A DNA stretch of 64,000 nt, from assembly GCF_009914755.1 (NCBI RefSeq), contig NC_060934.1, one strand, 5' to 3'. This document shows, in pieces, positions 52,200 through 64,000 of the stretch (positions are counted from its first letter, which is position 1; each line of letters begins with the position of its first letter). The stretch comes from the human T2T-CHM13v2.0 reference genome, Homo sapiens. The notes below the pieces were generated by a model. The model was not told the origin of the DNA and did no database searches. It saw only the letters and a program-made list of their open reading frames with translations. A program made the position numbers and the translations under genes.

Positions 52200-52530
52200 A
52201 AAATAGCCAGTGGGAGGTGCATTAACTGGCGATGCTTTGGGGACAGCTCCCGCCATCCACAGCCCTGGCCATCTTAGTTTCTTTCAGTTCATCCCATCAA
52301 ATGCCCTCCTTTCTCCCAGGCCTCCTCCCTAGAAGCTGACCTGGAGCTGGATTCCCAAATAAACAGTAACTAATTGGATTAGGAGCCGATAATACTGTTG
52401 ACCTTTCTTAATGTCTACTGGCTGTCTTTCCACCACACTGAGGCTTAATTGTATGCAGTGGGGAGGAGGGTGGGGGACTTCCAGGAGTGAAATGTGACCC
52501 CTGTTAACCTCAGATAAAATGGGCTCAGCG
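52200..52530. promoter_or_regulatory. Candidate homeodomain enhancer
   Basis: P3 palindrome TAATTGGATTA (52371-52381), AATAAACA forkhead motif, further TAAT cores. Confidence 0.55.
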
Positions 52531-52564
52531 TCTTCCCAACTGCCTGTCATCCCCCATGGAGCAG

Positions 52565-53035
52565 GAACACACACATGCTCCCTCTCTCATCAAATAATTA
52601 CACAGATGATACACACATGCATAGGCATGCATACAGAGATGCAAACACACCCAGAGGCACATATGCATCCACACGTGGTGCACACATAACGTTGAACCTG
52701 GGTCATACATGTACACAAGTCACACTTGAATGATACACCTACAAAATTACATATATGAAAGACAAGTATATGCATATACACAGATACAGATTTGCAAAAT
52801 GCAAACACACAGATACATATCGATAAATATATATTATTGCACCCATGATGCAAATGCATAATAGATGTATTCGCATATGTACACAAGATACATATGCAAG
52901 TAAAGATACACTGACATGCACACGTATGCATGATGCTTAAATAAATGAGCATGCAAAGTCCATGATACAAGTGCATACACACATATGCATGCTACGCATA
53001 CCTTTGCACATCGATAGACGTCAGAGCCCCCACCA

Positions 53036-53080
<45 letters not shown>
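52565..53080. repeat. Degenerate CA/TA/GCAT tract ending in (CA)n
   Basis: Direct sequence. Confidence 0.85.
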
Positions 53081-53082
<2 letters not shown>

Positions 53083-53399
53083 CAGTTTGCCCCATTCCAC
53101 AGCCCATCTCCTTCCCAGTCTCTGCTGCTACCACTTTCTATTTGTTCCTGGGTTGTCTGGCTGTGTTTCTGGGATCCTGAGTATTATGGGTCTCTTGGAG
53201 TTCTGGCCCAGCCCCTCTGAGTGTCTCCTCCTCTCAGTATCTCTGGGGCCCTGTCCCCATGTGGATCTCTCTCATCCTGGGATGCTGAAGTGGAAAAGGA
53301 CCTGGCTGCCACGGTGGTAGGGAGGGCATGAAAAGGGAAGAGATTAGAAGGGGAGGATGGGAGAGAAGGGCCAGAGAGGATGGAAAGGAAGGTCGGGGG

Positions 53400-53960
53400 A
53401 AAGGACCGGGAAAGAGGGGAGCGGGGAGCGAGGGGCGGGGGAGGGGCGCCTGCCTGCGCACAGCAGATGTTGCCGCTCCTCGGATGGAGCTGTTAATGTA
53501 AGTGGAGTTTCTGCAATGGTAATTAGGAGGGCCCTCATTACCCTGGCGGAGCCGGCTGAGAGCCGATAAAGCCGAGGGGGAGAAGGGCCGACATCAGGGT
53601 AATGGGGGAGCAGGGCCATTGAGGAGCTGGAGCCGAGCCGGGGACCGCTCCGCGCGCAGCTGGAGCCCGGCGAGAGGGCCGCGGAAGGGGGGTGCGAACC
53701 CGGGCCGGAGCCCGGGGAGGAGCCGGGAGGCGAGCGGCGAGGGGCACTGCGCGGCTGGGTCTGCCCCGGGGTTTCGCACTGCGCCGCGGGTCGAAGTACC
53801 GCGAGTTGGCCCTGACTGTCTGCAGGATGAGGGTGTCGAGGAGGGTTCCAGGCCAGCGTGCCTGCCTCGCCTCCAGCCCGGGGTAAGGAGATCCACGGAG
53901 GCCTCTGCGCCTAAACTCAGGTGGCCAGACAGAGTTGGGGCGGGAGGCGGGTATACGGAA
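53400..53960. promoter_or_regulatory. CpG island with homeodomain-motif core
   Basis: Dense CpG at 53620-53800; TTAAT/TAATTA/CATTA motifs at 53490-53605. Confidence 0.8.
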
Positions 53961-55129
53961 AGGACACCCTTCCCCTCTATGGGCCCCGCCTGCTGTGCAA
54001 GGGTGGGGAACTAGCACCCTCGTCCAGCGTCTAGCGTGACCAAGACATGTACTGTAGAATAGCCAACACAAGAGTTGACGGCTCCAGAATGTCAGATCAC
54101 AGACGAGAAGACCAGCCTTCAGGGTTGGAGGTAGAAGCCTCTTGACTCTTTGGATTGAAAGGAGACCAGTCACCCCTCCTGGGAGGACTCTCCCACCCAT
54201 CCTCCCCTACATAGTAACCTCTCAGCCCTAGAGGAGCTACAAGAAAAGCGAATTGGAGAAGCTCATCCAAGCAGTCCTAAGTACCTTGCTTCCATGCAGG
54301 GCTTTGCAGGAAGAGGAAGGGAGGCAGGGAAGGGTACGGTGACAGCTGTAGACATCACCTGCAGCTCTGCTCCCCAGCCAGGAACCCAGGAGGCCCTCCC
54401 AGACCCCCAGAATGGGGTTCTGGGGTGGGCAACTCATTTGCCATCTATCCTCCCCACACCTGAATATTTTAGGATGGGCCTCCAGCGCTTTCCAGGCTAA
54501 CTCAGCGAGCCCAGTCTTCTTAGTCAACTGAGAGACATGTCTACAGAACAGACCATGTGGCCAACTCCTCCTCCTCCCCATGCCCCAGGCAAGAGGACTC
54601 TGGGAAGACATCCAGGAAGCAAGGAGTCTGTAGCCAGGTCAGAGAGAGAGGAGCTGTGGGGGTCTGTACAGACCACCTCCAGCAGAGAACCCATCCTCCA
54701 TTTTCATCCCCTCTTCACATCCCTCCACCCACAGCTGCCTTCAGAAGCCCAAGGTCATTGGCCCTGCCACTCTGGTTTGCCAACTCCTCAAGGACCACAT
54801 AGGCCCAACTGTTATGGAAAGGGTGGACCAGAGAGAGGGGCTTCTTTTCCTTCGGCTTTGGGGAAGGCAAAGGCAATTCCTGCCACTGCCCACTCCAGAG
54901 ATGGCCGCATCTTCCAGGTGACTAAAGGCAAGTGATGGTTCTGAGGAGACCAGGACTGTGGGGAGCTCCTGGGCTCAGTGGGGGGAGCTCCTGGCCTCGG
55001 GGAGAGCCCCAGATGTCGCTCCCCTCTTCAGCTGCATGGCAGAGCAGGGGTTAACAGGGAGAGGCTGCAAGGCTGGAGCTGCGAGGCTGGAGCAGGCGGT
55101 GGCTCCCGCCTCTTCACCACCCCCCTCAA

Positions 55130-55540
55130 GAGTTGCTGACTCTTCCTTTTTGTTCGGGCTGACAGCGAGCACCTGGTGTGCTCCTGCAACAATATTGTTC
55201 CTGCCTCCCTCCCCCCAGGCCCCAGGCTCCCTTCCCTCTCCCCCTCCCCGCCCGCCGGCAACCTTCCCCTCTGCCTCCTCTTTCCCTTGCCCCCTCCTGC
55301 CTGTGGCCTCCTAGGCACCCCCCTACCACAACCACCACAAGCACCGACCCTGCAGTGTCAATAAACACAACATATGCTGCCATTAATGTGAAAATCGTGC
55401 CCTCTACCCCATTCATCTCCTCAGCCTGCCCGCCCGCTGGGGGTGGGGGTGGGGGGTGGGGGAAAGAAAGGTCAAGTGGGAAGCATTAACTACCCTCTTT
55501 CCTATCTGCTCAGCCCCCACCCCCACCCCCAGACTGGAGA
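55130..55540. promoter_or_regulatory. Candidate enhancer with C-rich and G-rich tracts
   Basis: TGACAG, CAATAAACA and CATTAAT motifs, plus G4-type tracts. Confidence 0.4.
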
Positions 55541-55989
55541 GAAGAAAAGGAATTGGAGGAGAAGGAATGGGATAAGGGTGGGGGTTTTCTGAGACCCACA
55601 TTCTCTCTGACATGCCCACTGAGCCTCCCCACAGGAAAACAGGTGAGCGTCCTCATCCAGCCCACGGTCTTCAACTTTGGGGTGGGGGCCAGAGTGAGGC
55701 CCTTGGCCTGCCCATGGACAGCCATGTTGCGGGCACGCTTCGCCTGGGGCCAAATGTGGTCACGCAAGTGGGTCTCTTTCTCCTGCACATCCAGCAGTCA
55801 TCTCAGCTCCTGGGGACTTTCTGTCTGTCCACAGGATTATGAAAGAAATACTAGAAGTATTCTCCAAGTTGGGTTGGGCTTCAGAAAGCCCTTTTGATAG
55901 AAGCCAAATACCTCAGATGGCCAAGGGAGTGGCCTGGCCTCAGTCTCCTCAACTAAATCACCAGTTCCAAGACAGCAGGGAATAATAAA

Positions 55990-56720
<731 letters not shown>

Positions 56721-57809
56721 AAGCTTGTCATCTCAACCCCTATACTTTCCTGCCTCCTTTTTCTATCTATCACCATCTCCAGTAACCCCACAGCATGGCC
56801 CCCTCAAATCCGCCCTGTGTGGGGTTGAACAGATACAGGGCAATGCAGAAGGAAAAGCTGACAAGCGGCCTGAGCGTGAGACCGAGCCGAGACTTATTCT
56901 CTGCTCAGCTCCTCCCTGGTTTCACTGTCACTCCTTTGCCACTGAGCTGCGCCCACCCAGCCTGTGCGCTCACTGGACTCCTGCCCCCTGTCCAGCCCCA
57001 TTTTAAGAATTCATCGTGGACAGGAAAAGTGCCCCTTCAGGCTCCCTTAGCATGAAGACATTGTGCTTGGCTCTGCAGCTCCTCACTTCTGAGACTCCAG
57101 TTGCTTTATTGATATTAACTTAACACTCCCCCGCCCGCCACTTCCCCACCCGCCCTAGCCCAGGCTGACGGGCAGAAATCTGCTGCCTGGGCACCACCCT
57201 TACCTCTCTTTTCCTCTTTCATTATCCACTCCAGGCACCAGGGAGCCAGCACCAAAATTAAAACAATAACTAAGCCCGAAGTGGACCCAGCAGCCCCCAC
57301 TCCCACCCCAAGGGAGGGGAAAAAAGCCACAAAAACACCTGGAGAGGAGAATAATCACTGGAAGGGGAGGGGGTGACCCACTCCCATGCCAGCACCCTTC
57401 ACCTGCCTTAACCCTTTGTTCCCTGGACAGTAACCAAGGTTTCCCCATTTCATCCCTCCCACCCAGTCCCATAAAGAAGCGGCAGCTTCTGGCAGCTGCT
57501 CAGTCATTTGGTGCAATGGGATTTGAATAAACAAACCGGGGACAGTGAGGTCCCCAGAAGTCCATAGTCAAGGGCTAAGACCCCTAGAGGCTTTCAGTCC
57601 TGCCACAGCATGAAGTTCTTACTTTGGCAAATTGTTGGAGCATTGGTTGATCATTTACTTGGTGATCTGTGCTGAACACTTTATAAAGGACACCACCTTA
57701 TTTGATCCTTTTAACAACCGCACAAGGTAGGTATTATTGTTGTTCCCAATTTTCGGATGAGGAAATGGGCCACACAAGTTACACAACATACCCAAGTTCA
57801 TACCAGCTA

Positions 57810-58237
<428 letters not shown>

Positions 58238-58404
58238 TTACTGGAGTCTAGTTAAACAGGTAGGCTTAGTTCTGGGATCCTTTGGCCCTCAATCTCCCAG
58301 GCTACAGAATGGGCCTGCTGTGGCCTCTCATCTCATATCAGAGCCAGCGAGCCAGCTGGAAAGAAAGGACATGGGTCAAGGCAAGCCCAGTCTAGCTCTG
58401 TGGA

Positions 58405-58422
58405 GGCCAGCAGAGGGGGCTA
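58405..58422 (+). promoter_or_regulatory. CTCF-like motif
   Basis: GGCCAGCAGAGGGGGCTA closely matches the CTCF consensus GGCCACCAGGGGGCGCTA. Confidence 0.55.
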
Positions 58423-58489
58423 CTGTCCTGAGGTCAAGTGGTGGGAGAGGGAAGCTTAGAGAGGCCCATCTCAGGAGAGCGGAGGTGCT

Positions 58490-58667
58490 GATTATCCTGT
58501 AGTGGTGGGCACCTACCCATGCAGCCTCCCCGGACATCTATGGGCTAGCAGCTCCAGCAGGGGGTGTCCCTCCAGGGAGATTATCCTGTAGTGGTGGGCA
58601 TCTTCCCGTGCAGCCCCCCTGGACATCTATGGGCTAGCAGCTCCAGCAGAGGCTGTCCCTCCAGGGA
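58490..58667. repeat. Tandem duplication, 2 x 89 bp
   Basis: GATTATCCTGTAGTGGTGGGCA...CTCCAGGGA starts at 58490 and again at 58579. Confidence 0.95.
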
Positions 58668-60239
58668 GAGGGGGCAGAGCTAGCAGCACTGAACTGTCCT
58701 AAGTGTGCTGGGCTCTGCAGAGGGCCTTTCTGTCGTACGCCCCCTCAGCTCTACCTAGAAAGAACCTATCTCACTGCTCCATCAGTCCCACACCAGGATT
58801 CCCACACCCCCAAGCTGGCCCCTTCCCTGCCTCTACTCCACACCACACTCCAACCTCTCAGGGTCTTCTAACCACCCCCTTATCTTGTCCAAGGTGTGAA
58901 TAAGTCCTTGTTTACCTTAATTCTGCTAACACCAAGAGGGAGACTTTTCCAAAGGCTCTGTACTACAAAACTGAAGGAAAGACTAGGAGAGCCAACACTT
59001 ATGTTACCATGGCCAGGCCCTGTTCTAAGGACTTTTCCTAAGATTTGCACAACAATCCTAAGAGATAGGTACCCCTATCCTACAGACGGAGGAAAGGAGG
59101 GCCTGAGAATTCACAAACTTTAGCTGGTGAATGGCACAGCTGGGATTTTGATCCAGGCGGTATATGCTTATGCAACACTACTTTTTCCAAAGCAAAAAAA
59201 AAAAAAAAATTTAAGTCTTTATTTAAGTTCTTTATTCCACATTAGACTGTAGGCTCTCTAAGGGCTTTCTTGCCCATCATGGCATTCCCACAGGGTGAGG
59301 CAAAGTGGGACAACCATAAATGTGCACCAAAGGGATTCCAAGACAACTAAAGGCCTCCAAGGACTGCCTGACACACCCCAGTGGGCACAGAGGACATGAT
59401 CCTTCCCCTTGCCTCAGCCATGGCTAGCATGGGTGCTAGACTCAGCCACACTGACTGCTGGCCACAAGCAGGCTTAGCTGAATCCAGAGCCAGGTCTGAT
59501 GAGGTCCTCTAGCCTTTCCAGAACTCTTCCATCTTCTCATTGGTCTCCCTTGACCCTATAGGTTCTGACCCAGTCCTGGCCCCCTCAGCTCATCCTTATA
59601 GCCCCTCAAGGGCCTGCACCACCTGTCTCCAAAGACTAGTCACACTTCATGAGGGCCCTCATGGTCATGCCCTTCAGAGGCCACTACTCCCCAAGCCCGG
59701 CACTCTCCTGCTATCGTGGAGCATATTTGTGGTTAGGGCTGGCCCTGCCTTTCAGAAGCTCAGCCCTCTCACCCCACAGCCTGGTTTCAAGTTGTCCTAA
59801 GGACATGTGCCCTGGCCCCAGGAGCCACTCTGCTTCACACCTGCCCCCTGCCCACAGCTGACCAAAGACTTTCCTTTGCCACTCTCTCAATACAAGCCCT
59901 CTATTGCTCCCGTTCCTGATATAAGTTTCCTCCAAATCCCCACACTGCCTCCTGTGACCCACTTAAGAGTCCTAACTCTCTGGACTTAAAATAGAAAACA
60001 CCAAACACAAGCTTTTACACTTCCCGCTACCAGCGGAATAAAGGTTGCATCTTTAACAAAAACAACATAACCACCTACTAATAATAATAGTTGCCGACCA
60101 CTTCAAAGTGGGTGGCCATTCACTTGCCCAGCTCTCCCCAACCCACTTCCTACCTGTCCCCAGGCTGTGGGTCTCTCGGGACGTGTGACGTGTATGGCTG
60201 TGTGCTGTGTATTTTTGCCTCCTCAGGAAAAACTCCAAA

Positions 60240-60545
60240 GTGACTGCTTGCCCTGGGCTCATCTATAATCTGGGGCATTGATCGGGGCCCATTGATAGCT
60301 GATTGTTTTCACACGTGACTCGGTCACATTCCTCTAATCTCCATCCTTCTGCTCAGTTTGCATGACAAGAAGTGGCCTCGGTGGAGAGAGGTCGCTCACC
60401 TCTGACCAGGATATAATTGGAAAAAGAAGGTCATTGCCTCCTTTGCTTCTAGGGCAGATCAGCTTCGTTCCATTTGTGTCACGAGCTCTTGCCAGCACAC
60501 ACTCTCAATGACATGGAGACAATGGCTGTGCCCCACAATGGAGCC
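60240..60545. promoter_or_regulatory. Candidate enhancer
   Basis: CACGTGAC E-box, TAATTG and two ACAATGG SOX motifs; repeat-free. Confidence 0.4.
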
Positions 60546-60845
60546 CACAGAGATGTGCTCGATACAACACAAACACACCCCAGGATCCGCACTCACTCTC
60601 ATCAGGACAGGCATGTACGACAACACACACACAATAGGTGCTCTCAGTAAACACTGATGATAACACCAGTGATACACGGGATGATGCATACCCAGTGACA
60701 TCCGCACACAGAGGATACATAAAAAGATGCATAAAGCAATGCTTACCCAGTGGTGCAGGTACCCAGCAACATACACATGCAGCGACACACAGACACATCC
60801 ATGAGGGCAAGTAGCCCAGGCCGAGCTACCACATCCAACATGAAA
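60545..60845. repeat. Degenerate CA-rich tract
   Basis: Direct sequence. Confidence 0.6.
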
Positions 60846-61319
60846 AAATATGTGACATTTTTCAGTGTACCCACTTGGCAGGTAGCCCATTATATCTTGT
60901 ACTATTATTGATCTGCTTGGAGCCAAAGCTGACAGTGCCCCACTCCTGGTCTCCCCATGTTCCCATTCCCAGTGCCGCACCTCCAGGCAGTTTCTTCAGG
61001 TAATGCTCATGTGGGACTCTGTATCAGCGTTATCTGGGGGAGCTCTGACACCGGGCATGCTTCCAGGAAGCCCTGCCTCTACATACAAGCTTCTTACAAT
61101 GCATGCGTGCGGGTAAACACGCTTATGTTAAAAATCTCCCTCAAGTAATTCTGCTATCCTGCCAGGTCGAGAACACTGAGCCGTCACCACCAGGCTCCCC
61201 TCTCCAGGGTGGCTAAACTTGCCATTGAGGGTGTTGGGCTGTATTTTATTTTCTCAGTTTGGGAAGGGATGAGGCCCCAGAACTGAAAAAAGGACAGTCA
61301 ATGGCCAGGAACCGAATGA

Positions 61320-62980
61320 GTTAAAACCGGGCCCTATAGCCTTCATCCCTGGTGACTCTGGCTGGCCTCGTTAGCGCCCGCGCAGCACGCACAGAAGGAC
61401 CCTTCGCGCAGGATGTCCCGGAGACTCGTCCACGCTCCCTAGCCGGGCTGCGAAGGCCCAGATCTCCCAGCGCCTCCATGCCGCGTCGGCCGCGGCCTTG
61501 GGGGTCTTCCGGGGACAGTGGCCAGCCCTGGGCCGGTGACCTAGCCTTTGGGCGCTTCCCCGGGGCTCTAGGGTCCCAGGGCGCCAGGGCCAACACCAGG
61601 AAAGCCAGAAGGTTCCTTCCTTTGGGGCAGGAGTTGGGGGGAGTCGCCGTACGCCCACCCTGCCACGCGGGAGGCCTCCGGGAGAGGGCAGAGGGCGCCG
61701 GGCAGGGACCAATCATCGGCGGCGACCGGTCACTCGCGCCCCAGCGAGGAGACCCTGAGATCCGCGGGGAGAGCACAGGGTCGCGCCGCCCCCTGGCGGC
61801 TCAATGACAGAGTTGAGGCCCGGCGGCTGGCGACTGCGGCGTCTGGCAGCTCCAGGAAAGGATCCCCCTTGTGAAGAAACGCCCCTACGAGGACTGTCCT
61901 GTCCTGTCCCTGCCCTCCCGCTCCCGCTCGCCTTCTCTCCCCTTCTTTATTTTCTCTCTTCCTCCTCCCCCCACCTCTTCCACTCTTCCTGCCCTTCCCC
62001 CCTCCCCGTCCTCACTCCCTCTCCCACCCCCGTTCCTTTCTCTCGTCCTTCGCCCACCGCCTCCCGCCCCCGCGGGGCAGCGCCTCGGTGCACCCGCTTG
62101 GCAGTTAGCCCATTAGATCTCGTACTATTGATCCGCTTCTGAGCAAAAGCTGACAGCACCCCCTCCCGGGCTCCCCACGTTCCCATTCCCCGCGCCCCCC
62201 TCCAGGCAGTCCTGGCCTGCGCCTCCTCCCGCCCCCCACGCGGGCCGCGCCGAAGTCTCGCCCTCACGAAGGACGAGAACAAATGTAATTAAAGCGACCG
62301 GCGAGGGGGGTGTGCCCCCACCAACGCAGGCACGAGCGAGGGTCCCAGCGGCCGGCGCCCGGCCTGCCACCTCCCTCCCCCTCGTCCCCGCCCCCTGGAG
62401 CGGGAGCATTTGGGTTGAGCTGCGCCTGTCCTATAAATCCACATATAATTCTCCTCTTTCCCGTTCAGCTAAGGAAAATAAACGTGTAAGGCTGTTTCTG
62501 GGAGCCCAGCTCAGGGACCGCTCTAAATTCTCCTCTTATTGAGTAGGGGCTGGAAATCATTCAGCTCGGCGGCGCGCCCCAGAACCACCCCCTACCCCCG
62601 CTCCGGCCCGCGGCCGCGCCCGCGCCCGCCGCGCACACGCACGCGCGCACACGGAAGGCAGGCGCCGGGTATATAAATATCTCCAGCTCTCCCCATAGCC
62701 GGGCAGATTTATTCCGCTGCCAAGCCTGCAGAAAATTGACTTGTTCATGGAGGCGGCTATTGACACATCACCGGGGGGAGGGTTAGGGGAGAAAGCAGTG
62801 GAGCCGGCGCCCCTCCATTATACGTTAATGTAATCAGCAGTGTGCGAAATGACTGCGCGGAAAATAGCATCACTGACATTTATATTAGAGGATATTGATG
62901 GCAGGAGCTGTGACCGCATCACTCTGCCTCCCGTTTCCACGGATTGACACAGGAGCCTCTTGTTGGCTCCATCCACGCTC
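61320..62980. promoter_or_regulatory. Large CpG island with CTCF motif, TATA-like boxes and AT-rich motif blocks
   Basis: Very high CpG; minus-strand GCCGCCAGGGGGCGGCG at 61784-61800; TATAAA at about 62432 and TATATAAA at 62670. Confidence 0.85.
61784..61800 (-). promoter_or_regulatory. Strong CTCF motif
   Basis: Reverse complement reads GCCGCCAGGGGGCGGCG. Confidence 0.65.
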
Positions 62981-63702
62981 GCCTCCCCTCCCCCTACCTC
63001 TCCCGCCCTCTCTCTGTCTCCACCCACCCTGTGTCTCTCCAGCTCTCCCCCTCTCCGAGGAGGAGATCTCACCCCCACCCTCCCTATACACTCTTTGATC
63101 ACTCATTTTCCAAATAATTCTTGAGCACCTACTGGGTGCCAGGCGCAAGGGTCTCTCCCTGTGCCTCCTCTCCCTAGGTTTCTCCCTCCCCCTCTCCCCC
63201 ACCGTGCCCTTGCCCTCTTTGTCCCTCCTCCCCAGCTCTGCCTCTCCCCTCCCCCTGCCTTGGCTCGGTGGCTGGACCGCTGCTGTCACAGCAGATAGAT
63301 AATTGAAAAATGGGCCTCACCTTTGCAGCCGGCAGGAGTGGTTCAGGCAGTTACCGCCGGGGTTACCTACTCCATCTCAGGCCCAGGCTCCAAAAGAGAT
63401 TCTGAGGAAATTGGATTTTACATGGATGTTTTATTCGAGCAGAGGCTTTAGTGTATATAAATACAGGCGAGGAGGCCTTGGCGGCAAGGATGAGTGAGGA
63501 CAGACAATCCCGCCTGGGGCCTCCAGGCTCAGGCGAGGCAGGCGGGCCATGTGCTCAGCTCCCGGTCCCAGACCTGGATATCAGCGCATTCCCCCTCATG
63601 ATCTGGTACTGAAAGAGGTTAATGCTTCTGAACAGCTCCTCAAAAGCTGCCTTGGGAATAAAAGAGTGTAGTTGTTGAGAACTTGACAGGACAGTATACT
63701 GA

Positions 63703-64000
<298 letters not shown>

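Noticed and set aside
52848-52862. Octamer ATGCAAAT / POU motif
   Set aside because: Embedded in an ATGCA-rich degenerate repeat where such matches arise by chance
53538-54200. 220-aa - strand ORF and overlapping ORFs
   Set aside because: Pro/Arg/Ala-rich artefact of stop-codon depletion in a CpG island
58490-58667. Possible CRISPR-like or spacer array
   Set aside because: Only two adjacent copies, no spacers, no cas genes, eukaryotic context
61321-61807. Antiparallel 151-aa ORFs
   Set aside because: Open on both strands because of high GC; no homology recognised

Overview
This is primate (very probably human) genomic DNA: about 50% GC, very Alu-rich, with no credible protein-coding exon or prokaryotic system. 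The ORF track is explained by Alus, CpG islands and simple repeats. It reads as a developmental-gene regulatory desert. CpG islands lie at about 5.6-7.0, 7.6-8.5, 53.4-53.9 and 61.3-62.9 kb, and several transposon-poor blocks carry homeodomain, bHLH, TCF and CTCF motifs. These are separated by dense, often nested clusters of Alu, L1, L2, MIR, MaLR and hAT elements. The CpG-island spacing and two + strand terminal-exon signatures (AATAAA at 8176 and 39447) fit my recollection of the 10q24.3 LBX1-BTRC interval containing the 3' part of LBX1-AS1. That assignment is from memory and needs a BLAT check. The most interesting observations are a transposon-derived terminal exon, a CTCF-like motif copied by an 89-bp duplication and convergent with a strong CpG-island CTCF site, a TATA-containing orphan promoter, a PHOX2/paired-type P3 site, hairpin and G4 structures, and purine-pyrimidine tracts that repeatedly sit beside candidate enhancers.
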